IMG/VR virus record: IMGVR_UViG_3300028909_000017
Location: 61,415-125,414 of that record
Reading direction: 5' to 3' (one strand)
DNA from: a virus
DNA length: 64,000 nt
This document shows positions 10,700 through 20,221 of this stretch, in pieces. The number at the start of each line of letters is the position of its first letter. Positions within the stretch are counted from its first letter, which is position 1. A program made the translations under genes and the position numbers. Under the pieces are notes generated by a model, which was not told where the DNA came from, made no database searches, and saw only the letters and a list, made by a program, of their open reading frames with translations.

Positions 10700-10728
10700 A
10701 TATTACATTGTTATTTAGTCTTTGTCAA
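10700..10728 (-). promoter_or_regulatory. sigma70 promoter with embedded late-type motif for tRNA array 1
   Basis: TTGACA-17-TAATAT; spacer contains GACTAAATAAC, also found at 47430-47440. Confidence 0.65.
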
Positions 10729-10746
10729 GAGAAAAATGAAGAATTT

Positions 10747-11253
10747 TCATAAAATATCGACATTTTTATAATATCGATAAGCCGGCTTTACAAATCCTTT
10801 ATTTTTCCATTGTTTACGGTTATTATTAACCCATTCAAAATTAATCGAATTATTTTCAATAATGATTTGTGTTATTTCACCCGAATTAATTTTAGATTCT
10901 ACGGTATTTTTAATAATGTCAATTCCATTTTGATCGGTTATTTTAAAACCGTATCCACCTGATTGTAATAATCTTTCGATCCAAATTACTGATCTATGGG
11001 AAATTATAGAATTATTTATAATTAATTTTCTATTGGCTTCCAATAAACATATTGCCAATATAGTTAGTAGACCTGCAATTGTGCTCTGGGTATTAATTTG
11101 AAAAATTTGTCTTGATTCATTACCGATATTGCAATCAATCGTAATATTTGCCAAACTATTTTCATTTTTATCTTCAATGAAATAATTTTCATACGAATCT
11201 TCTTTTTCAATCCAAATTATGTTACCTTCAAAAGTTGTAAATTGATTTTTCAT
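10747..11253 (-). CDS. GNAT-like paralog family B (lacks the N-terminal motif)
   Basis: AGLLTIL / WIERLL / PAYRYYKN similar to 11256, 39639 and 47467. Confidence 0.5.
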   Translation of the reverse strand: MKNQFTTFEGNIIWIEKEDSYENYFIEDKNENSLANITIDCNIGNESRQIFQINTQSTIAGLLTILAICLLEANRKLIINNSIISHRSVIWIERLLQSGGYGFKITDQNGIDIIKNTVESKINSGEITQIIIENNSINFEWVNNNRKQWKNKGFVKPAYRYYKNVDIL

Positions 11254-11255
11254 AA

Positions 11256-11786
11256 TTATTTAAGAAATATAGTTGTTGGGCCGGCTTCTGATTCGTTTGT
11301 GCGCAATTTATTTCGAGCTTTGAGCCATTCTGCATATAAATCATTTGAATCGGGAAATTCATCATATTGATTAGATATTTTAATTCCGCGGCCTCCGGAT
11401 TTAACTAATTTGATTAGCCAGACAATTCCGCTTTCGGTTAATCCCTCTTTATTATCAATTTTAAAATATTTTCCTTTTTCTAATAACGATTTGATAATAA
11501 TTGTTATTAATCCTTTAATTCTATTTTTTGGATCCTTGTTTTTCAATGTTAAATTTTCGACGCGTATCAATGTATAGCATTTATTCACCATCGGTAGTAA
11601 AACTCCGATATACGCCATCAAATGTTTGTTATGATCTACAATTACAAACATATCTTTAATTTGAAAAATTTTATGACCATTTGCAATTGCAACTGGCTTT
11701 TTACCATCTATATATGTTGGGTTCCATAAGATTTCTGGTATTTCATCTGCGACATCTAGCTCTTTTAAAATTTCTTTTATTTTCAT
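11256..11786 (-). CDS. GNAT-like paralog family B, MKIKEI N-terminus
   Basis: LIRVENL...GLITIII...LTESGIVWLIKL. Confidence 0.55.
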   Translation of the reverse strand: MKIKEILKELDVADEIPEILWNPTYIDGKKPVAIANGHKIFQIKDMFVIVDHNKHLMAYIGVLLPMVNKCYTLIRVENLTLKNKDPKNRIKGLITIIIKSLLEKGKYFKIDNKEGLTESGIVWLIKLVKSGGRGIKISNQYDEFPDSNDLYAEWLKARNKLRTNESEAGPTTIFLK

Positions 11787-12171
11787 ATTAATTTTTATAG
11801 GCCAAGTTCTTTTTTAAGGGTTTCAAGTTGATTTAATTTTTCTTGACGCTGGTTTAATTTTTTAACTTGGGTTGTCTCTTCCAAATATTGTTGCGCAGCT
11901 CTCACCGAATCTTTTGCGGTAAAAATATTAATCGGTAAGGTAATATGATTTGTCCAATCACTACCACGACAATATCCGCCATATTCAATCAAAACAAATT
12001 TACCTTCGGATTCAACCGAAAGTATCGAGCAATGATCGATGCCGAAAATTTTTAAAATCGGCATGATTTGTTTATCCCGAGCTTCTTTTGCATCGGATAA
12101 TTTTGTGTTGGCAATCCAAATTTTTTCGTTCAATTTATTGATATTGATCATATTTGTCTTTCAATATTTAA

Positions 12172-12201
12172 ATTATAGCATATGCGTAGGCAAAAAGTCA
12201 A
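12172..12201 (-). promoter_or_regulatory. sigma70-type promoter
   Basis: TTGACT-18-TATAAT. Confidence 0.7.
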
Positions 12202-12204
12202 GAA

Positions 12205-12237
12205 AAATGGGGTCGGATATTAAATCCGACCCCATTT
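12205..12237. terminator. Intrinsic terminator after fibre gene
   Basis: AAATGGGGTCGGAT-loop-ATCCGACCCCATTT. Confidence 0.75.
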
Positions 12238-12391
12238 GTTAAAATTTCGGTTTATTTAACTCGAAGTGCTGAAATTTGTTACCACCCATCACCGGCTAAT
12301 GAAGCGCATGACTCATGGCCTAATAGTGCCTCATCCCTTCCGTCTCAGCAACAGCAGACTGCCTAAGTAGCGAACTCTCCGCTCTGTCAGT

Positions 12392-15300
12392 CTAGTTAAT
12401 CGGAATAGCGGCTGTGAACGAAATCCTTTCGTTATTGCCTATTGTGAATCCAAAAATGGTGTCACTCCACAAACTCGCATTATGCGTTATGTACGCAGAG
12501 GATGTATTTGAATACCCCCCTACAAAGATACCGACTTGTGTGCTTGTGAGTGGCTCTACGCTAGCTGAGATGGCGTCAAATGTTCCGGCTGAAAGTTGCG
12601 CACTTCCGACGTTTGTACCATCGATTCCCGCATACTGAGCACCACTAACAGTGGTAGGCAGTGGTGCGAGTGTGGTGTTTACCGTGTAACTTCCTGGGAG
12701 AGAAATCAGATATGCGCCGCTTCCAGATGCTGCACCCGCCGTCGATGCGGCATAGTAGGTAAAGTTCAAATAAAGAGTTTTTCCTAGAACAGCGTATAAG
12801 GCTGTCGTCGTTCGCGTGGCAGCGCGCGACGGCGTTGTCCCGGTCGCTACGATGCTTGGGGAGTATGCCTGCCACACCATAGCGTTGCACACCGTAACAG
12901 CCGGATTCTGTAACTCCCAATAAGTGCCGTCATAGGTGAACGTCTGTATCTTGAGTAACCCCAGATCACCAACCGCTGCTGCCTGCTGCCCACACACTGT
13001 TACCGTCTTCGCAGCCAGTCCGCTCACAGCAATAGTAGGCGTGATCGTTGTGCTGGCTGTCAGCGGAACAAACTTGATAATGGTGCCAGTGGAAAGAGCA
13101 GTGATGGTCGAAGCGCCATTCATCGCTACGGTGTATGCCAAGCCCGATCCGGTCCCTGCATCCGTTCCGGTTATCGACGTGCCGAGAGCATTTCCGCTGA
13201 TTGTGGTCTGAGCGACATACACATTGTTCGCGGGAAGTTCTTCGACATAAATGTATTGTGTAGAACCGTTGGTTGGAATGAGCGTGCCGGGATTTACTCC
13301 AGCTACATATCTAAAAGCCACATTGGTTGCTATGGCAGCCTGGACGATCCCTGAGCACGGGCCATTTGAAGGGGTAAGGTTAATTGCCCCAGCACTGTTT
13401 AGATAAAGGCATCCCGACGACGGGACCGATGCCGCCGACGTGATGTTATAGATGTCAAAATACGAAGAAGACCCGCTAGTCGATCCAAAGTTCACATAAC
13501 CTGGACTTGCCTGTATGGAATACGTATGACCCGCCGCTAGTGTTACAACACCCGTCGATGTGTTGATGCTTATGTCAGATCCTGCGCTTGTCTGGAGCGT
13601 GTTGAGAACAATATATCCGCCAGCAGACGGTTCCCCTTGGCTAACTGAACTATATGCCCGCAAGTAATTGGCAACCTGCGAAACGCTGCTCACTGCGAGG
13701 CTGCTCGATACAGTTTCGGCCCAAACATTCACGTATGGATTACTGCCGATGCTCGTCAGCAGTCCAACCGACCCAGTTTCCAGATGGACGTAAGTATCTG
13801 CGGTTGGCGTATAATACGCCTCGGCGTAAGGGGTATTTGGAGCGGAGTTCGATGTGGCCATGTCAGAATCAGTCTGTCCAACATTTCCGAGCGTCGTACC
13901 GCTACCACCAGTCGCACCAGTACGCCACAGGAATGTTACAAAACCATTATTTCCTGAGAAGTTAGCATAGCCGATAGACGCACGCAAATGATAAGTGTAT
14001 CCAGCCTTGAGAAAAAGTGTATTTCCACTTTGTGTTACAAGGGTTCCGCTCGACATGTCAGTGGTACCGAGCGCGATAACGACACCAGTTGCAGACACTG
14101 ATTGACCACTACTGGCGGCTGCATGTAAATAGCTCGCCGTAGCTGATGATCCTCCCCCACTTTGAGTCTGCCACGTAAGATACTTATTGGTAATATCCGT
14201 GACCACCGGAACTTGATTCGCTAGAGTTGGCGAGTTAGTAAAACCGTATCCTTGAAGACCATCGACAATTGGTACCGTGGCCGTTCCACCAAGGTCACCA
14301 GTCAGTGATACCGCGCCAAGAGTGCTGGTAGTTGCGGCGGGCAAGTCGCTAGCTGTAAGGATTCCGTATTGTTGTGCTGATGTGCTAGAACTCATAAGAA
14401 TCTGTCTAGCAGCAGTCGGAGCACTAACAGGTGCCGTTACACCATTAAGATTAACGACCGTAGCTACTCCACCGCTAGTCATCGATACGTCCCCACTAAT
14501 TGTTCTAGGTGTGTAGACACCCGCACTCGATGCGACTGGCATCTGTCCGACCGTTGCGGCAGTGCTACTTCCCGTCCCGCCTTCAGTTTGAGGAAGTGAT
14601 GTCGTGAGTCCGGTTAACGAAGTAATATTTGAGTTAGTTCCACTGGAGGCGGCACCAACTAATGACGAATATGGAATAGTTGTTGAGGCCGTATCTGCAC
14701 CACCTCCATTTGCGTATCGATATCCAGTTAATACACCAGCACCAGTTCCGCCTTGCGATGTACTTAATGGGGTTGTAAGACCAGTGAGCGAAGTAATGTC
14801 GCTATTAACACCACTTTTTGCTGCTACTAGATTTGTTCTAGAGGTGGTTGCATTGGAAACGTCGGAAAGATTGTTGGTTGCAAGTAATGAACCAGATGCA
14901 CTGGATGCTTGAACCCAAGTACCTGAGGTAGAATTATAAACGAATATTTTGCCACCATTTGCCGTTCCTTCAGTTACATACGCCGCGTCACCATTAGCCG
15001 GAACGCCTGTTCCGGCTTGGCCATCGGTTGTCAATGTCAAGGTTATTGACGTGCCCACTCCAGCGACGGAATAAACTTTGTTTAAATATGTTCCTGCACT
15101 AGCATTTGTGAATAATATTCGGTCATTATTAATCAATGCAAATCCGTCAGATGTGTATGCACTTGATCCGACGATTGTGGTTCCCGGTGCGGTAACAGTT
15201 GAATCTAAATGTTGTACTGCAGGACGCCAAGCAAGACCATTTACTTTGTTCCCAACATAAGTTACAACGGCTTTTTGACTAGGAATAATTGTGTTACTAT

Positions 15301-16748
15301 TTGCCGTTAATGCCCCATCCACACTAATTGCAGTTCCACTAACTCCAGAGGTTCCTGCATTTAAAATTAATGAACTTGCTCCTGTACTGTTACCTATGGT
15401 TACCGTCTTTGCATTTGCTCCCGTACCCACGCCGACTGGTCCACCAGTACCACTATCGAAAGTTGCTGCCCCAGTCGTTCCTGACGTAACTGATAATGCG
15501 GTTCCTGCCGCCGTATTCATACCGCCGGCTGGTATTGTAAGTGGTTCGGTTAATGTTACGGCTGTGGGTGAAAAAGTAGCAATTGTTTGGGTAGTAGTTG
15601 TTCCGCCAGCATTAATCGTAACTGATTTACCTGCACCTGCCGCTGCGAGATTTAGATTACCCGTTGTGTAACAATAACCATCATCTGCTCCACCGGTATT
15701 GAATCCAGAAACACTATATGCTGAAGAATTAATACCACAATCAATAAAGTTTGTTGTATTTGTACCATTGTCGGCAGTTGCTACAAAATCACTGGATGCT
15801 GAGGCATCACTCGATGTGTTTTGTACATTTATTTGAGTTGTTGTACCAACATTGCTCTGAGTAGCATTTATTACGGCTCCTGAAAGCGGAGTTCCACTAC
15901 CGACAGCCACAGATGTCGTAAAATTGCCAATTGGTCCAGTAAATGTTCCGGTAAATGTTGGACTTGCACTTGATAGCCCACCAATACTTGCTAACGCTGT
16001 TGCTGGGCTGTAAACATCCAATGTCCAACTCGCTGCCGGTATTGCATGTGGTCCGATAGTTACTGCATTGCCAGTTAATGTTCCACCGATATTTACCGAT
16101 GGGCCACTTAATGTTCCGGTATATGTTGGACTTGCACTAGTTAATCCGCCCAAATTTGTTAATGCGGTTGAAGCGGTATTTGAACCTGTGCCGCCTTCCG
16201 TAATAGGTAATGGAGTTGTTAGACTAGTCAACGAAGTAATATCAGAATTAATACCACTTTTGGCTGCCGAAAGATTTGCTCTGGCGGTAGTTGCATTTGT
16301 TAAATCGGATAAATTATTTGAGGAAAGCAGATAATTTAAACCAGATCCACCATAGGTAAATTCTGTTCGTGTATCAGTAATTGTTGAAATACTAGAACCA
16401 CCAGTAATTACAATTGCAATTGGCACGTCTGAGGAAGTAAAAATTGTCGTTTTAACAGCGGGAACACAATTTGATGCAGTGTTTAAATAAACATAATTTG
16501 TAGTGGATGCAGACATCGTTAATGTTCCACCACTATAATTAGCTATAGAACCATTGCAAAATGCGGTGCCAGAAGCAAGATTTAATATTAACCCAGCATT
16601 AATAGTCGGCCAATAACCAGGACCAGCACCTTGTACATATTTTGCGTTTACAGCATATATGGGTGCGGTTGATGTCTGCGCTTGCTGTGAATTGCCAACA
16701 CCGGCCATTATAATTAAAAATAAAAATAAAAATAATAATTTTTTTCAT
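12392..16748 (-). CDS. Large Gly/Ser/Thr-rich tail-fibre-like virion protein
   Basis: NNLSD...ARANL / NSDITSLTGLTTPL...GGTG fibre repeats; probable true start MKKLLFLFLFLII at 16748 if one A is removed from an A7 run. Confidence 0.75.
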
Positions 16749-16758
16749 TGTCGTTCCT

Positions 16759-16983
16759 CTATGACGCGGGGCTAAAGATTAAAACGTTAGCAGTTAAAGA
16801 AGTATCGGATGCTGTTAAATAAATGTTTGTTGAATCATACGGGTTGGCAAATTGCAGCCACATTTGACCGGACGTTTCCATCTGTACAGATACCGCTGTG
16901 GGAATTGTACTTAATCCGTGAGCAACTGTCAGGTTTCCCGGAGCCGAACTTGTAACTAAAATATTTGTTAATTGCTGTAGCAT
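16759..16983 (-). CDS. Small virion-associated beta protein
   Basis: TVAHGL..P...D.TN.YLTASDT.LTA domain, also at the C-terminus of the upstream ORF. Confidence 0.55.
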   Translation of the reverse strand: MLQQLTNILVTSSAPGNLTVAHGLSTIPTAVSVQMETSGQMWLQFANPYDSTNIYLTASDTSLTANVLIFSPAS

Positions 16984-16993
16984 TTATATTCCC

Positions 16994-17716
16994 CTATCTT
17001 GTTATAATATCTGTTATCAGATAGATAATAGCTGTTAAATTTGTATCAGATGCTGTTAGATATAAATTAGTTGAATCATTTCCTGTCATCCATATTTCCC
17101 CCGCGCTTGTCATTTGAATAATAACGGCTGAAGGAGTTTTTCCCAATCCATGTGCAACCGTTGTATTTCCCGAAGTTGAAAGGGAAATATTTAACGGCGT
17201 AATTGTTGAATTTAAAATTGGTTCAATATCGCCTGACATTGCCCAAGGATGCCCTTGTGTTGGTGACACCGTGCCAATATAAACATTTAAAATTCGGTAT
17301 GATGGTGTTCCAATTTTTTGTCGCTCTGGCTGTGCAATATGAATTAATTTAAATAATCTTCGTTGTGATTTGGGCAACGAATTAAGAATTGCATTCCAAT
17401 TAGTTCCAATACTAAAAACACTGCTCGATGAAAATGTTGGATTTGGAATAGTTCCGGATATTATTGTAATATTTGAATTAACACCATATTTACCCGTTTT
17501 AATTCCGGCAGTTGCTAACGGTTTATTAATATTATCTGTTTCTGTTAAATAAAATGGACCAGGAGCATTATATATAATATTGATATTTCCCGACGTTATA
17601 TTAGCTGTTACACCATATATATTTGCAGAATTAATCGAATTTACAAATGCTGTTTTAGTTGTGCCATTAATAGTAATAGCAGATCCTGAAACAGCATTTT
17701 TAAAGGTATTATTCAT
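16994..17716 (-). CDS. Putative structural protein
   Basis: TATAAATA just upstream; conserved PTQGHPW motif; TVAHGLG C-terminal domain. Confidence 0.6.
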   Translation of the reverse strand: MNNTFKNAVSGSAITINGTTKTAFVNSINSANIYGVTANITSGNINIIYNAPGPFYLTETDNINKPLATAGIKTGKYGVNSNITIISGTIPNPTFSSSSVFSIGTNWNAILNSLPKSQRRLFKLIHIAQPERQKIGTPSYRILNVYIGTVSPTQGHPWAMSGDIEPILNSTITPLNISLSTSGNTTVAHGLGKTPSAVIIQMTSAGEIWMTGNDSTNLYLTASDTNLTAIIYLITDIITR

Positions 17717-17740
17717 GTTAGTATTTATACCAGGTATGAA

Positions 17741-19306
17741 TTATGGGAGACATGGGTAATTGGCACATAATTTAATGTTTCGAAACCAAATATCATCCCC
17801 AGAAGCCTGTGTTCCATAGTTATTATAACTACCCATGAAGAGGCTCTGATACGTTGTACTGGGAACTTGGTCTGGTATTGTTCCATTTCCAACCAAGGTA
17901 CATGCTCCAGGACACCCTGAATAAAATGACATTGAGTCTGTCCCGCCCGGATTATAACTACCCGTAACCCAATAGGTGGTATTTGTGCCCATATTACCCA
18001 GTGTTACATTACTATTGCTAGTGGAAATTATTTGTGCAGAAATAGCAGTTCCGCTAGGAATCAATTCCAATGAAAATAATGAAGTATTTGTAGTGGAATA
18101 TATTCCAAATGGAATATATGAATGAGTGTTGGAATCATTCTGTGGAATATTAAATTGAATATATCCACCAAAATTTATCGAACTCTGATTAGGCTGTACT
18201 CCATAGCAAAGCATATCTCCCGCAGTTCCCGTCGTGAATTGCAAATTATATGCACCATTTCCTGTGTAAAGTATTTGTTGTGTCGGAAGATATAAAGGAG
18301 TTCCAAACAAGGAAGTTGGACCTGATATACTTCCTGAGATGTCTAAATTTGTATTTTGTAGTGCCCATCGAATTGCATCTGCACTACATTGTCCTCCTAA
18401 ATATGCATATGTGTCTACCTCACCACCCACCCATCCATTTACACCTCCACTTGCAGACAAGCTGAGTGTTGTAAGAGTTGGTGCGGTAGTTCCTATTCCA
18501 TTAAAGTTTATAACCAACCATTGATATGGGGCTACTCCTGGGGTGGATGTTGATGGTTTTAGAATTATGCATGATAGGCCGTAAGCATCCGGAGGAGTAA
18601 TTGATGTCCAAGGGCAGGTTGTCGTTGTTGCTGTTGATTGGGTCCAATACTCCATTCCCAGATATGCATTTGTTGAACTAATTGCTGTAAAATTTGCTCC
18701 CGGAACTAAAACATCATTTGGTGTGTTGCCATCATTTAATAAACTAACGACCATTTCCCCATTACCAGATGGGGTAATAGGAGATGAAAGGGCAGCGGAT
18801 GATTGCGCGGTAGTATCACCTGAATCACCGGCTACATCAAGAAAATTTGTCGTGCGTGTATTTTTAACAGCCATGCAAACCATTTCCAATGGATTTCCAA
18901 TTGCAGTTGATTCACCCGTAATAATAATTGTTCCCGCAGCCGAATTGGACACGGCCCATTGTCCAACCCATGCATGATGTGCTGCCCACGCATGAGCATA
19001 ATTCATAGCACTCCAGGTTCCATTTAATGGGTCAGAAAATCTGTAATTTCCCGCCTCGTCCCCGCCATTAACACCACAAATTAGTGTATCTCCAACGGTT
19101 ACATTATTAAGAGTACATGTGGTAGATGCACCACTTGTAATTGTTGCAGAGCAAGGCGTAACGGCTGGATCGTATATAACTGTGGTGGGAGCCGTTACCG
19201 TTCCAAATACAGAACCACTCAAAATAATTGTTGGGCCAATTATTTGTATCTGACCAACACAAATACAAGAGGTTAAGAACACAGATAATAATATAAATAA
19301 TTTCAT
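17741..19306 (-). CDS. Beta-rich putative virion/surface protein with signal-peptide-like N-terminus
   Basis: MKLFILLSVFLTSCICVGQ N-terminus; Thr/Gly-rich; CATAAATA upstream. Confidence 0.5.
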   Translation of the reverse strand: MKLFILLSVFLTSCICVGQIQIIGPTIILSGSVFGTVTAPTTVIYDPAVTPCSATITSGASTTCTLNNVTVGDTLICGVNGGDEAGNYRFSDPLNGTWSAMNYAHAWAAHHAWVGQWAVSNSAAGTIIITGESTAIGNPLEMVCMAVKNTRTTNFLDVAGDSGDTTAQSSAALSSPITPSGNGEMVVSLLNDGNTPNDVLVPGANFTAISSTNAYLGMEYWTQSTATTTTCPWTSITPPDAYGLSCIILKPSTSTPGVAPYQWLVINFNGIGTTAPTLTTLSLSASGGVNGWVGGEVDTYAYLGGQCSADAIRWALQNTNLDISGSISGPTSLFGTPLYLPTQQILYTGNGAYNLQFTTGTAGDMLCYGVQPNQSSINFGGYIQFNIPQNDSNTHSYIPFGIYSTTNTSLFSLELIPSGTAISAQIISTSNSNVTLGNMGTNTTYWVTGSYNPGGTDSMSFYSGCPGACTLVGNGTIPDQVPSTTYQSLFMGSYNNYGTQASGDDIWFRNIKLCANYPCLP

Positions 19307-19351
19307 TAATTTACCTCAAAAATAAATATCAAACATATTTATGAACAAACA

Positions 19352-19385
19352 GAAACGGACGGCAATTTAACTTGCCGTCCGTTTC
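19352..19385. terminator. Intrinsic terminator
   Basis: GAAACGGACGGCAA-loop-TTGCCGTCCGTTTC. Confidence 0.75.
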
Positions 19386-19579
19386 AAAATTATTACATAT
19401 TTAAATTATCGAATTTCTTCGTTTAAATCTAAATTTTGCTGCTTTTTTCTTTCGAATTTTGTTCCATAATCTACGAGATTCCTTTTTAATCGTAAATCCA
19501 TTATCTTTTTTGAAAAACCCTGGTGAGTCAACATCATATAGTTCACCTTTTTGTTTAAGCATTCTAAGCCGTTTGTTTG

Positions 19580-20191
19580 CTATTTTATTGGTTCTGTCTC
19601 TTCGAGTTCCCCTGTCCATTGATTTTCTCCTGAATGATCAAAAAACAAAAATTTTCTCCAATTTGGATCGTCTGCGCCCATATTACGAAGCAAATATCTA
19701 CTGGTGTGAATATTAATTACGGATGGATGACTGTGCAATGTCATATCATCAATTTCACTTAATAATCTATCACCTTTTTTCCTGTTGCATTCTCCGCAGG
19801 CCGTAACCAGATTCGACCAAGATGATTTGCCGCCTTTAGATTTAGGATAAATGTGATCCAGAGTTAATTTTTTCGGTGAAAATACTTTCATACAATATTG
19901 ACAAGTATTACGATCACGATTAAGAATATTTTTGCGAGATAAAATTTGCATACGAATGGGAATATATTTATATGTTAATAATCGAATAACCGATGGCAAG
20001 TATAAATCAATGTTAATAAAATCGCCGGTTACTTCATCCCATAATTTACTGGTATGGACTTTAATATCATATGTTTTTTCTGATTTGGCCACATTTTTGC
20101 AAATTAAACCAAGCGCTCGTTTTGCAGAGCAAATAGATAATGGTTCATATGATTGATTTAACACTAGCACGGATTTTTTTGTTAGGTCCAT
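19580..20191 (-). CDS. HNH endonuclease (McrA-like)
   Basis: VLVLNQSYEPL, RDRNTCQYC, TLDHIYPKSKGG, WSNLVTACGECNRKKG. Confidence 0.9.
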   Translation of the reverse strand: MDLTKKSVLVLNQSYEPLSICSAKRALGLICKNVAKSEKTYDIKVHTSKLWDEVTGDFINIDLYLPSVIRLLTYKYIPIRMQILSRKNILNRDRNTCQYCMKVFSPKKLTLDHIYPKSKGGKSSWSNLVTACGECNRKKGDRLLSEIDDMTLHSHPSVINIHTSRYLLRNMGADDPNWRKFLFFDHSGENQWTGELEETEPIK

Positions 20192-20221
20192 GATAATTTC
20201 CTCTTTCAGTATTTACTCGGA

